A model generated the notes under the pieces. It searched no databases, was not told the DNA's origin, and was given only the letters and a program-made list of their open reading frames with translations. From Deltaproteobacteria bacterium (lineage in GTDB: Bacteria; Myxococcota_A; UBA9160; SMWR01): 32,047 nt of DNA. The translations under genes and the position numbers were made by a program. Where the stretch lies: positions 1 to 32,047 of the forward strand of contig JAQBGU010000039.1 in assembly GCA_032128375.1 (NCBI GenBank). Direction: 5' to 3'. Below are positions 8,743-17,634 of this stretch, piece by piece; within the stretch, counting starts at the first letter, position 1, and each line of letters opens with the position of its first letter.

Positions 8743-10302
8743 ATGACATGGAAAGACGAAGTGGATGGAATCGACCAGCGCAAGCAGCTTGCACAGGAGC
8801 TCGGCGGTGCCGAAGCGGTCGAGAAGCAACACGCGCTCGGTCGGATGACGATCCGCGAGCGCATCGACGCGATTCTGGATGAGGCGTCGTTTCGCGAGCA
8901 GGGTCCGATCGCCGGGCATTCGGAATACGACGACGACGGCCGACTGAGTTCGTTTACTCCGGCCAACTACGTGCTCGGAATGGGGCAGATCGACGGCCGA
9001 CCCTGCGTCGTGGGCGGTGAAGATTTCACGCAACGCGGCGGGTCGCCCTCGCCGGCTGGGCTGCGCAAGAGCGTCTACGCCGAAGAACTGGCCTGTCGAT
9101 TCAGGCTCCCGCTCGTCCGTTTCCTGCAAGGTGGCGGCGGTAGCGTTGCCGGCCCTTCAGGTGACAAGCGTCCGCGGCTCGCGGGAGATCCGGTCTATGC
9201 GCCGCATCGATTCAGTTCGATCATGAAAGCCATGGCAACGGCCCCGGTCGTGTCCGCCGCCGTCGGAGCCGTGGCCGGCTTTCCGGCGGCGCGGCTGGTC
9301 GCCTCGCACTATTCTGTCATGACCCGACACACTTCGCAGATTCTGATCGCAGGACCGGCGGTCGTCGAGCGCGCGATCGGCGAATCGATCGACAAGGAAG
9401 AACTCGGCAGCGCCAAAGTACACGGACGCAATGGCGTCGTGGACAACGTGGTCGAGGATGAACACGAAGCCATCGACTCGATGCGTCGTTTCCTGAGCTA
9501 CCTGCCGACCAATGTCTGGGAGCTCGCCCCACGCCAGGATTGCGCAGACGATCGAAACCGGATGGAAGAGGAGCTGCTGTCGATCGTTCCCCGCGAGCGA
9601 AGAAAAATCTACAAGATGAGGCGCATCATCGAGATGCTGGTCGATCGCGGCTCGTTCTTCGAGATGAGTCCTGGGTACGGACGCGCACAGATTACCGGTC
9701 TGGCGCGGATGAACGGTCAGCCCGTTGGTGTGTTGGCCAACGACACGAAATTCTACGCGGGCGCGATGACCGCCAATGGCTCGCGCAAGGTTCGACGGTT
9801 CGTCGACCTGTGCGACAGCTTTCACCTGCCGGTCGTGAGCCTCGTCGACGAACCCGGTTTCATGATCGGCAGCGAGTCGGAGAGGGCGGGAACGATCCGC
9901 TTCGGCGCAGAGGCGATGTTTGCGGTGGTGCAGTCGACCGTTCCGTGGGTGAGCGTGACGGTGCGAAAGACCTATGGGGTCGCGGCGGCCGCCCACTTCG
10001 CCCCCAATGGCTACAATCTGTGCTGGCCATCCGCAGAAGGGGGAGCACTTCCATTGGAGGGCGGGGTCGCGATCGCCTTCCGGCGCGAGATCGCAAACGC
10101 TCCCGACCCGGCCGCGCGGCGTCGAGAACTGGAAGAGTCGATGGCGGCCGCGAAGACTCCGTTTGCGCGCGCCGAGTCGTTCGGCGTCAACGACATGATC
10201 GATCCGCGGCGAACCCGGCCAATACTCTGCGATTGGATCGACTGGATCCAGCCATTGCTGCACGAACAAGTCGGCCCGCGGAGCCATTCGATCCGGCCGT
10301 AG
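8743..10302 (+). CDS. Acyl-CoA carboxylase carboxyltransferase (beta) subunit
   Basis: GRMTIRERID, GEDFTQRGGS, AGPAVVERAIGE, ITGLARMNGQPVGVLAN, RFVDLCDSFHLPVVSLVDEPGF, IDPRRTR. Confidence 0.93.
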   Translation: MTWKDEVDGIDQRKQLAQELGGAEAVEKQHALGRMTIRERIDAILDEASFREQGPIAGHSEYDDDGRLSSFTPANYVLGMGQIDGRPCVVGGEDFTQRGGSPSPAGLRKSVYAEELACRFRLPLVRFLQGGGGSVAGPSGDKRPRLAGDPVYAPHRFSSIMKAMATAPVVSAAVGAVAGFPAARLVASHYSVMTRHTSQILIAGPAVVERAIGESIDKEELGSAKVHGRNGVVDNVVEDEHEAIDSMRRFLSYLPTNVWELAPRQDCADDRNRMEEELLSIVPRERRKIYKMRRIIEMLVDRGSFFEMSPGYGRAQITGLARMNGQPVGVLANDTKFYAGAMTANGSRKVRRFVDLCDSFHLPVVSLVDEPGFMIGSESERAGTIRFGAEAMFAVVQSTVPWVSVTVRKTYGVAAAAHFAPNGYNLCWPSAEGGALPLEGGVAIAFRREIANAPDPAARRRELEESMAAAKTPFARAESFGVNDMIDPRRTRPILCDWIDWIQPLLHEQVGPRSHSIRP

Positions 10303-10466
10303 TTGGATTTGTGATAGTGGGCCCACGTGCCGCAGGGGATCTATCCTTGGATTAGGGATCAAAACCGCATTTCTGATGGGATCTCGGTTCTTGGGAGTGG
10401 TTTGGCGGAGCGGATCAGTGAGCTCTCGCAAGCGCGCGGTCGGCGTCGCGAGGTTGTGAAATGGCT

Positions 10467-10549
10467 ATCGTTTTCCAGATCGTTTTCCAGATCGTTTTCG
10501 AGACGTTTTCGAAAGCGTTCTCGAAATCGTTGTCGACTGCTTTTTCCAC
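10467..10549. repeat. Degenerate ~12-bp tandem repeat, about 7 units, consensus ATCGTTTTC(C/G)AG
   Basis: atcgttttccag / atcgttttccag / atcgttttcgag / acgttttcgaa / agcgttctcgaa / atcgttgtcgac / tgctttttccac read directly from the sequence. Confidence 0.8.
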
Positions 10550-10569
10550 GTAGGAAGCGCGCACGGTAC

Positions 10570-12570
10570 ATGCGGTTTCGCGGCAGCGGGGGATCGGAAT
10601 TGGACGTTTGTGGGCGGCGCCTTGTTGCACTTTCGTTGATCGGGTCGCTGGCGGCGTGCGGTGCCGAATCGCAGCCTGAATCTGACGGGTTATTCGACCC
10701 AGCGCCCTCGATCGAACGGGCGAATCTCTCTCCCGACGCGAGGCCAGAACTCACCGAGATGCTGCGCGAGAGCGTTGCACAGCCCCGCCATGCTTCCGAC
10801 GGAGGCGGACGGGCGTGGCTCGAGCAGGCCGAAGGAGACCCAGCGTACGCCGTCGCCGGAACTCCGGGACGCTTCACATTGGTCTACGAGGTGGGGCCCG
10901 AGGGAATCGCAGCCGGTGGATCCATCTCGTTCCAGGTTTCGCCATTTTGGGGCTGGAGCACGCCGCAGGTCGAAGTCGCGCAGGCTCTGGGGTACACGAC
11001 CGTGACACCAAGCGCGGACGACATCGAACTCGACGTCGCCACGCTCGATCAACAGCTGCTCGGGATGAAGGTCGGGGATCGGCCATTGGTCGCAGGGGAT
11101 CGGATTCGGATCGTATTCGGAGCTGGCGAAGCCGGCGCCGTCGCGGACCGACTCGGAGAACGCAACTCGCGCTTCTGGTTCGCGGTCGACGGGGACGGCG
11201 ACGGCGCGCGAACCTTTCTCGAAGATTCACCGGGAATCGATGTTCAGTCTCGCCCACCGGCACAGCTCATCGTCACGCTGCCCAGCGTCGCTCGGCCCGG
11301 CCAACCCGTACGCATCGTGGTGGCGCTGGTCGACGGTTTTGGAAGCGCGGGATACCCGTACCAGGGCTCAGTCGCGTTCGAAGAGGTGCCGGACGGGATG
11401 GAGCTGGCAGGCGAAATCCGATTCGAAGCTGGAGACCGCGGTAGCAAGGCCATCGAGGCGCAGATCGACACGCCCGGGGTGTTTCGGCTGCGCGCAACGA
11501 CACCCGAAGGCCTGACCACACAGAGCAACCCGATGCTGGTCTCGGCTGATGCGCCACGGATCCTGTGGGCCGACTTGCACGGTCATTCGAGTCTTTCCGA
11601 CGGAACCGGGACGCCCGAGGACTACTTCCTGTACGCCCGCGACGTCGCGGCGCTCGATGTGGTCGCACTCACCGACCACGACCATTGGGGCATCCTACCC
11701 CTCGATAGCCACGCCGAATTCTGGGACGAGATCCGCCAGCAGACCCGCCGCTTCCATGCCCCCGGGAGCTTCGTCACACTGCTCGGCTACGAGTGGACGA
11801 GCTGGCTACACGGTCACCGACACGTGTTGTACTTCGAAGACGAGGGAGCTGTATTCAGCTCCCTCGATCCAGACTACGAAACCCCGGCACAGCTGTGGAA
11901 TGCGCTGCGCGGCAAACCGGCATTGACGTTTGCCCACCACTCAGCAGGCGGTCCGATCGCAACCAATTGGAACTTCCCGCCAGACCCGATCCTGGAGCCG
12001 GTGACGGAAGTCGTATCCGTCCACGGCAGCAGTGAGGCAGCCGACTCGCCCGTCCCGATCTATTCGCCGCAACCGGGCAATTTCGTACGAGACGCGCTCG
12101 ACCGTGGCTTCCGGTTGGGGTTCGTCGGCAGCGGCGACAGCCACGACGGCCACCCCGGACTCGCCCACATCGGCGGACCGACCGGTGGAGTGGCCGCGAT
12201 ATTGAGCGAGAACCTTACGCGCGAATCGGTGCTCGAAGCCATCACGGCGCGCCGTGTCTATGCGACAAGCGGTCCGCGCATCTTTTTGCGGACGGCACTC
12301 GACCAGTATCGAATGGGAAGCACGATCCCGGCGCCTGGCAGCAAGGGCTACTCCGGAGACCTGTTCATCCAGGTATTCGGCACGGGGCCCATCGACAGGA
12401 TCGACCTGATTCGCAGCGGCCAGGTCGTCGACTCGATGCCGGCCGAAAATCTGCTTGAAATCACGCTGCAACGCTCGATCGAAGCATTGCAGTCTGGCGA
12501 GTACCTGTATGTGCGCGCCGTGCAAGTCGACCAGGGGACCGCGTGGTCGAGCCCGATCTTCGTCGATTGA
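10570..12570 (+). CDS. PHP-like metallohydrolase lipoprotein (DUF3604 / CehA-McbA-like); alternative TTG start at 10600
   Basis: Lipobox LSLIGSLAAC; PHP-type ligands WADLHGHSSLSDG, LTDHD, GYEWTS, GHRHV, FAHH, GDSHDGHPG; C-terminal YLYVRAVQ..AWSSPIFV. Confidence 0.85.
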   Translation: MRFRGSGGSELDVCGRRLVALSLIGSLAACGAESQPESDGLFDPAPSIERANLSPDARPELTEMLRESVAQPRHASDGGGRAWLEQAEGDPAYAVAGTPGRFTLVYEVGPEGIAAGGSISFQVSPFWGWSTPQVEVAQALGYTTVTPSADDIELDVATLDQQLLGMKVGDRPLVAGDRIRIVFGAGEAGAVADRLGERNSRFWFAVDGDGDGARTFLEDSPGIDVQSRPPAQLIVTLPSVARPGQPVRIVVALVDGFGSAGYPYQGSVAFEEVPDGMELAGEIRFEAGDRGSKAIEAQIDTPGVFRLRATTPEGLTTQSNPMLVSADAPRILWADLHGHSSLSDGTGTPEDYFLYARDVAALDVVALTDHDHWGILPLDSHAEFWDEIRQQTRRFHAPGSFVTLLGYEWTSWLHGHRHVLYFEDEGAVFSSLDPDYETPAQLWNALRGKPALTFAHHSAGGPIATNWNFPPDPILEPVTEVVSVHGSSEAADSPVPIYSPQPGNFVRDALDRGFRLGFVGSGDSHDGHPGLAHIGGPTGGVAAILSENLTRESVLEAITARRVYATSGPRIFLRTALDQYRMGSTIPAPGSKGYSGDLFIQVFGTGPIDRIDLIRSGQVVDSMPAENLLEITLQRSIEALQSGEYLYVRAVQVDQGTAWSSPIFVD

Positions 12571-12629
12571 CCGCGAAGCCACGGACGCGCCGCGTGACGC
12601 GCAATCCATCAGCCGTTGATTCCATCTAC

Positions 12630-12668
12630 CTGCTTACTTCGAGCTGCTTACTTCGACCTGCTACTCAG
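12630..12668. repeat. 14-bp tandem repeat (2 near-perfect copies plus a partial one) over the DUF2164 stop
   Basis: ctgcttacttcgag / ctgcttacttcgac / ctgctactcag. Confidence 0.7.
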
Positions 12669-12909
12669 CCCCCGAGAGGTCGGTAGCTTCGAAGAGCTCT
12701 CCGTCGATGTCGATCAGTTTGTCCTGCATCAGCGCTTGTGCGTCCCCGACAGCTCGGTTGTAGATCGAGGGGCCGATTTGCTCGAGAAAGAAATCGAGCA
12801 GAAACCCGGCCTCGAGGTTTCCGAGCTCTTCGTCGCGCTTCTGGGCGAAGTAGGTCTGGATCGATTTGATCGCCTGGGCCCGCTGGTCTTTGTCGAACTC
12901 GATTGCCAT
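12661..12909 (-). CDS. DUF2164 domain-containing protein
   Basis: SIQTYF..RDEELGNLEAGFLLDFFLEQIGPSIYNRAVGDAQ is characteristic of DUF2164. Confidence 0.88.
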   Translation of the reverse strand: MAIEFDKDQRAQAIKSIQTYFAQKRDEELGNLEAGFLLDFFLEQIGPSIYNRAVGDAQALMQDKLIDIDGELFEATDLSGAE

Positions 12910-12915
12910 CGAGAA

Positions 12916-13461
12916 TCAGCGGCGCGCGAGCCGAGTCCAAGCATCGCTGAACCGCCCGGCTGTATGCTGATCGCCGAGTTCCCCGGTCATGCAGCAGTAC
13001 TCGAGCTGCAGGTAGTTCGGGTCGCGGAAGTAGATCGACTTACACCAGCCGTGATCGACCACACCCCGCACCTTGACACCCTTGGCAATCAGGTGCCCCC
13101 TTCTTGCTTCGAGTTCCCTTTCGTCATCGACGTGAAACGCAAAGTGAAACATCCCACCGCTGATACCCAGGCCGCGGTTGATGCCAGCGTCGAAGTCGTC
13201 CGGCATCCCCGCGATGTCGTTCGGCTCCATGAACGCAAAGAGCTCTCCGCTACCGGTGTCGAAGAACGCGTGCCGAATCGCACCGCCGGTCTCGGGTTCG
13301 ATCATCTCACAAACAACGGCGCGAAAGCCCAGCACGTCCTCGTAGAATGCGAGCGTCTGTTCCATATCGTGGGTTGCGAGCCCGATGTGGTGTAGGCCCT
13401 TGTTCTTGGAAGACTTGTTGGAAGTGTTGTATTGGAGAGCAGGTTTTTCGGAAGTCGTCAT
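12916..13461 (-). CDS. VOC (glyoxalase/bleomycin-resistance-like) family protein
   Basis: GLHHIGLATHDMEQTLAFYEDVLGF, FHFAFHV, SIYFRDPNYLQLE; AAGGAG RBS upstream of ATG 13461. Confidence 0.9.
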   Translation of the reverse strand: MTTSEKPALQYNTSNKSSKNKGLHHIGLATHDMEQTLAFYEDVLGFRAVVCEMIEPETGGAIRHAFFDTGSGELFAFMEPNDIAGMPDDFDAGINRGLGISGGMFHFAFHVDDERELEARRGHLIAKGVKVRGVVDHGWCKSIYFRDPNYLQLEYCCMTGELGDQHTAGRFSDAWTRLARR

Positions 13462-13607
13462 CGCATTCTCCTTTTCGGGGGAGCCGAACTCCGCGGAAGG
13501 GTCGCATGAGCGGGGATCCAGCAACGAGCTTGCTCCTGCGCGGGATCGATTGCAAGCGCTGCTGGCGCGCGCACGCGTCGGTGTTAGCATCCTCTGGATC
13601 GTAGGCA

Positions 13608-14096
13608 GTGGAGTATGCGGTGCTTCAACTCAGGGCTGTGGATGAGCGTGATTGGCCGATGATCGCGATCTTGGCCTCGAACGAGTTCCAGCAAGGCGAC
13701 CACCGCGGGCTCGAGCATTTCTGGCTCGAGAACCGTCGCTCGTTCATCGGAGTCCGCAAGCAGGCCGTCGCCGAAGTCGACGGTTCAATCGTCGGATACT
13801 GCTCCGTCGAGCGATATTCGGACGAGGCGAGTAGCACCTATCGTATGTTCCTGGTTGCTGATTGGAACCAAAGAATCTCTGAGGTTCATGAAGAACTGTT
13901 CACTCGAGCCGAAGAGATGTTGCGCGAATTGGGCGCAACACAAGCTTGGATGCGAGAATTGACGGGCGACCGCGCACTCCTCGGGTTCATGGAACACAGA
14001 GGATTCGCTGCGTCGGCGCCGCCCTACACAGTGGCCGGCCGAGAAATGGTCAACCTCACCAAGCAATACGATGCACGGGCGAGCGCATCCGCCTAG
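13608..14096 (+). CDS. GNAT family N-acetyltransferase
   Basis: LQLRAVDERDWPMI, VAEVDGSIVGYC, AEEMLRELGA, LGFMEHRGF pattern; the acetyl-CoA loop is atypical. Confidence 0.7.
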   Translation: MEYAVLQLRAVDERDWPMIAILASNEFQQGDHRGLEHFWLENRRSFIGVRKQAVAEVDGSIVGYCSVERYSDEASSTYRMFLVADWNQRISEVHEELFTRAEEMLRELGATQAWMRELTGDRALLGFMEHRGFAASAPPYTVAGREMVNLTKQYDARASASA

Positions 14097-14193
14097 CGCT
14101 CCGAAGGCGAACAGGTACAGGAGCTTGTAGCGAGGAAGGAGGCGAAATACGCCGGCCACAACCCGAGTTTGGCCTGAAGGATAGCCGCTTGTT

Positions 14194-15390
14194 TCACAAT
14201 TCTCGGATCAACTCGATGGCTTCCAGATCTACAACCGCCCTACTCGCACGGGTCAGGCCCGCAATGACGACTCGCTGCTCCTGAAAATTGCTTGGGGCGG
14301 TCACGACTGCAGCAATCCAAGCATACACACTTTGTAGACGGTACTGCCGCCATGCGGTATCGAAATCCAACGAGACCCCCAGATTGTGCAGAGTCGCGAG
14401 GTAGTACTCAATCAGCTCCTCTTGATGTTCCAGGCGCAACTCTTCGGGCATCGAGTTGACCAGGAAGTAGCTGACATCGCGCATGCCCTGACCCAATTGA
14501 TGGACCTGCCAGTCCAGCAGGCACGCTCGGCCATCTTGAAAATACATATTCCCCAAGTGCGCATCGCCGTGAATCAGCGTGCGCGGCTCCCGTGCCCACT
14601 GTTGTTCCAGTAAGTGATAGTTCTTCATCAACTGCGGAATCACGTCACGGAGGCCTTCGGGTATGGCGTGGCCGAATTTCTGAAAGCAAATCGGGACGCT
14701 CAGCTGTCTTACCAGATTCAACAGTCGGAAGTCGCGGTTGGTTTCGAAGCGCTTTACCCAAGCAAGATCGGTATCGAATCGTTCGCTTTGCCAGAAGCGC
14801 GCATGCAGCTGCGCCAAGGTGGTGACGATGCTTCGCGATTCCTCGAACGAACACTTCGAAGCGAGGTCACGGAAACTGCAACCCTGGTCCGTCAGGTCCT
14901 CCAGCAGCATCACATAGTTCAGTGAATTGCCTACGCAGTGATACACCCGCGGTGACTGGACCGGCAAGTCGGGCCTGATATGTCGGTAGAAGGAAACTTC
15001 ATTGCCACCGAGGTCGAACAGAACGCCGAATAGCGCAGCTCCGAGGCCCGGTGGTGTGGACTTGACGAATAGCGAGACGGGTCCGGGTGCTTCGTCCGGG
15101 CGCTCGGCGTAGCGAATATGTAGACGCGATCGAGTGGCGGTGCCGCTGTGAACCTCTTCTATCATGACACTTTCTATGCGCTGAGGATCGAGATCCAACA
15201 GCCTGGCGAACCAGTGGACGCAAGTGAATTTTCGAAGTCGACGCGACGGCTTGGCGAACATCCGCAGCATCAACACTTCGAGCCACGCGTAGAACAGGCG
15301 TGGCGCCACCAGCGTGAAATCGCGAATGATCTGAAAGTACGCGGGCTTCATTGCGTGAGGTTCCAGATTCTTTGCGGCCAGCGATTTCAA
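14194..15390 (-). CDS. Aminoglycoside/choline-kinase-like phosphotransferase (EcKinase/DUF1679-like); alternative ATG start at 15351
   Basis: LFVKS, EVSFY, MLLEDL, LAQLHARFW, TLIHGDAHLGN, LLDWQ motifs. Confidence 0.87.
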   Translation of the reverse strand: MKSLAAKNLEPHAMKPAYFQIIRDFTLVAPRLFYAWLEVLMLRMFAKPSRRLRKFTCVHWFARLLDLDPQRIESVMIEEVHSGTATRSRLHIRYAERPDEAPGPVSLFVKSTPPGLGAALFGVLFDLGGNEVSFYRHIRPDLPVQSPRVYHCVGNSLNYVMLLEDLTDQGCSFRDLASKCSFEESRSIVTTLAQLHARFWQSERFDTDLAWVKRFETNRDFRLLNLVRQLSVPICFQKFGHAIPEGLRDVIPQLMKNYHLLEQQWAREPRTLIHGDAHLGNMYFQDGRACLLDWQVHQLGQGMRDVSYFLVNSMPEELRLEHQEELIEYYLATLHNLGVSLDFDTAWRQYRLQSVYAWIAAVVTAPSNFQEQRVVIAGLTRASRAVVDLEAIELIREL

Positions 15391-15761
15391 CCCGCTGACG
15401 GCTCCTGGTGGACAGCTTCAATATTGTTGCCGTCTGGATCGGTAACGAACGCACAGTAGGCGCGGTATGGCGGCCAGTGCCTTGTAGCGTGGCGCTCCAA
15501 TCCGCCATGGATTACGGCGGCCGCAAAGAAGGCATCAACCGCTTCGCGGCTTTCGGCATGAAATGCCAGGTGGAGGCCCCGAGTCGGCTCGGTCGTAGCG
15601 GGGTGAATGGAAATTGAGGGCGTGTCGGATCGAGCGTGCCAGTACTCGCAGACATTCTCTGCCCGGTACCCAATCACGATTCCCAAGGGTTCGAGCGCCG
15701 CACTGAAGAACGTGAGGCTTGTGGAGAAATTGGAGGCGAACAAACCGAGGTGATGAATCAT
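15387..15761 (-). CDS. VOC family protein
   Basis: MIHHLGLFASNF, HLAFHAESREAVDAFFAAAV, YCAFVTDPDGNNIEAV. Confidence 0.9.
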   Translation of the reverse strand: MIHHLGLFASNFSTSLTFFSAALEPLGIVIGYRAENVCEYWHARSDTPSISIHPATTEPTRGLHLAFHAESREAVDAFFAAAVIHGGLERHATRHWPPYRAYCAFVTDPDGNNIEAVHQEPSAG

Positions 15762-15894
15762 GAGCCTGATGAGAAAGCGCGCCATTCGATGCTGGACCAC
15801 GCGGACCTACGAGCCGACTTTCGCAGACATGAGCCATAGGCCGCAACGGTTTGCATGGCGACCCACGAGTGCTCGACCCGGATGATAGGGGTAG

Positions 15895-16026
15895 TCATCG
15901 AAATTTTTCTGGCATCTTGCGACCGAACGCTTCGCACCCGGCCTCGCTGTTGATTTGGCGCATCCGAGCATTCCTGACGTGCACGTTCGTGTTGAGGAAC
16001 TCTGCACCGACTTCGCGCGCCCGTGC
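15895..16026 (-). pseudogene. C-terminal fragment of a GNAT acetyltransferase
   Basis: Hand translation ARAREVGAEFLNTNVHVRNARMRQINSEAGCEAFGRKMPEKFR* matches the GNAT C-terminal pattern; it has no start and begins just after the epimerase stop. Confidence 0.5.
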
Positions 16027-16038
16027 CCGACCGGTCTC

Positions 16039-17028
16039 CTAGCCACTCTCGACGGGATAGAGTCCGTTGGCGAATTCTTGCGCGTGATAGCCCTTGATTC
16101 CAACTGCTCGGGCAAGCGGGCTGAAGACATCTTCGTCGCGTTGCAGGCAATCGAGCACGTGTCGGAAATCGAAGCGCGGCTTCCAGCCGAGTTCGTCGCG
16201 CGCACGCCTGTTGACGTAGACGCGATCGATACCCGAAGGCATCGTCCAGTTGCGGCGGAGGTATTCCTGCTCCATGTCGGGAAATAGACTTCGAAGGATG
16301 CCCGGAGCGTCAGAGCGAAGGCGCGGGAGATGTTCCGGCGCAAAGGGGGTTGTAGCGCTGACCAGATATCGGCCGAAGCCGATGGCGGGAGCGCGTTCGG
16401 CTGCGAGCAGGTGTGCATCGACGGCGTCGGCGAGATCGAGGCGGCGATGCAGGTACTCGTTGGCCTTGAGGTTCAGATCGTCGTAGCGCCGTCTGCGATT
16501 CGGGTCGTCGTCTGGCTCCGGGAAGAAACGCGAAGTACGCAAGACGATGGATGGCAGCCCCTTGGTCCGGTAGAAGAGCTGGCAGAGATCTTCCGCAGCC
16601 CTCTTGGTAACGCCATAGATGTTTTTCGGAACGGGCTGCACTTCTTCGGTGATCCAGGCGGCCGGCTGGCCGTCGGCCGGAATCAGTGCCCCGCCAAACA
16701 CACTCGACGTACTCGTGAAGACAACGCCGGATACGCCGGTCGCCAGGGCGGCTTCCAGAATGTTGAGCGTTCCGGTGATATTCGTCTCCACGAAGGCTTG
16801 TCGCAGGTGCGTAGCCACATGGGGCTTGTGCAGAGTCGCCGCATGCATAACAACGTCAACCCCGCGCATGCTGCTGCGGACGAAGTCGGGGTCGGAGACC
16901 GAACCGATGTGCGTCGTAAACGACGAATCGAGCAGATCGAGCCCAGCCACCTCGTACCGTTCCGCCTGGAGTGTCCGGACGAGAGCCTCGCCCAGATGGC
17001 CTGCACTTCCTGTGACGAGAACCCGCAT
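16039..17028 (-). CDS. NAD-dependent epimerase/dehydratase (extended SDR)
   Basis: VLVTGSAGHLG, HAATLHKPH, NITGTLNIL, YGVTK catalytic YxxxK. Confidence 0.92.
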   Translation of the reverse strand: MRVLVTGSAGHLGEALVRTLQAERYEVAGLDLLDSSFTTHIGSVSDPDFVRSSMRGVDVVMHAATLHKPHVATHLRQAFVETNITGTLNILEAALATGVSGVVFTSTSSVFGGALIPADGQPAAWITEEVQPVPKNIYGVTKRAAEDLCQLFYRTKGLPSIVLRTSRFFPEPDDDPNRRRRYDDLNLKANEYLHRRLDLADAVDAHLLAAERAPAIGFGRYLVSATTPFAPEHLPRLRSDAPGILRSLFPDMEQEYLRRNWTMPSGIDRVYVNRRARDELGWKPRFDFRHVLDCLQRDEDVFSPLARAVGIKGYHAQEFANGLYPVESG

Positions 17029-17338
17029 GAATACGATTAGCCCCCTGGCGCTCTTGACGAGCCGATCAGCGCTCGCGTTTCACTTCAAGCTCGAATCCAG
17101 CTGGAGTGCCACCAGAAGCAACATCACCGGCGATTGTAGAGTCGAGTACCGCTCGCAGACCGCACCCCTTCTGGATAGGACACGAATCGAATGCGTTCGG
17201 ATGATTCCCGTATCGTTCAAACAGCGTACTCGGAGTGTCGACCGCATTCCAATTCCCGAGGAAATGCGCGCGATTCGACGCCAATCGCCCACCGAATCGG
17301 CGCTTGGCAGTCCCCGAAAGGGAACTGAAGGAGATCCC

Positions 17339-17634
17339 ATGAGAGAACCCGCTGTTTTGACCTTCCAGACTCTCGATGGAGTGATGCGGGCGCCCACGTT
17401 GCCCGACGAGATGGTCCATTGCTCCAAGTTCACGGCAGCTGGGAGTTGATCCAGACGCTGCTCGCCTATCGACTCATTGACGAATACCGACTCTGGACAT
17501 TTCCCGTCATCGTGGGTTCTGGGAAATGCCTGTTTGGTGGGGGTACGCTGCGGACCGGTCTGAACCTCGTTCGCTCGGAGTCTTGCTCATCGGGGGCGGT
17601 GATGAGCATCTACCGACCCGCGCGCGACATCTGA
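17339..17634 (+). pseudogene. Dihydrofolate reductase-like (RibD C-terminal family) gene with a large out-of-frame internal deletion
   Basis: AAGGAG RBS, then MREPAVLTFQTLDGVMRAPTLPDE, joined out of frame at ~17410 to DGPLLQVHGSWELIQTLL..IDEYRLWTFPVIVGSGKCLF; the central part is absent. Confidence 0.8.

Noticed and set aside
8743..10302. Carboxyltransferase without an adjacent biotin carboxylase/carrier
   Set aside because: Stand-alone paralogues are common; not evidence of novelty.
6573..10431. Long antisense ORFs (6573-8018, 6952-8127, 8191-9129, 9157-10431; similarly 23012-24682)
   Set aside because: Shadow frames of well-supported genes, expected in high-GC DNA; no recognisable motifs.
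10467..10549. Possible mini-CRISPR or iteron/DnaA-box cluster
   Set aside because: Units are contiguous with no spacers; there is no cas or rep gene and no true TTATCCACA box.
10327..10569. N-terminal extension of the 747-aa ORF
   Set aside because: Arg/Ser/Phe low-complexity translation of the tandem repeat; the lipobox points to a start at 10570 or 10600.
13518..13565. Imperfect inverted repeat CCAGCA..GCTTGC / GCAAGC..TGCTGG between the divergent VOC and GNAT genes
   Set aside because: Short and imperfect in GC-rich DNA; cannot be assigned a function.
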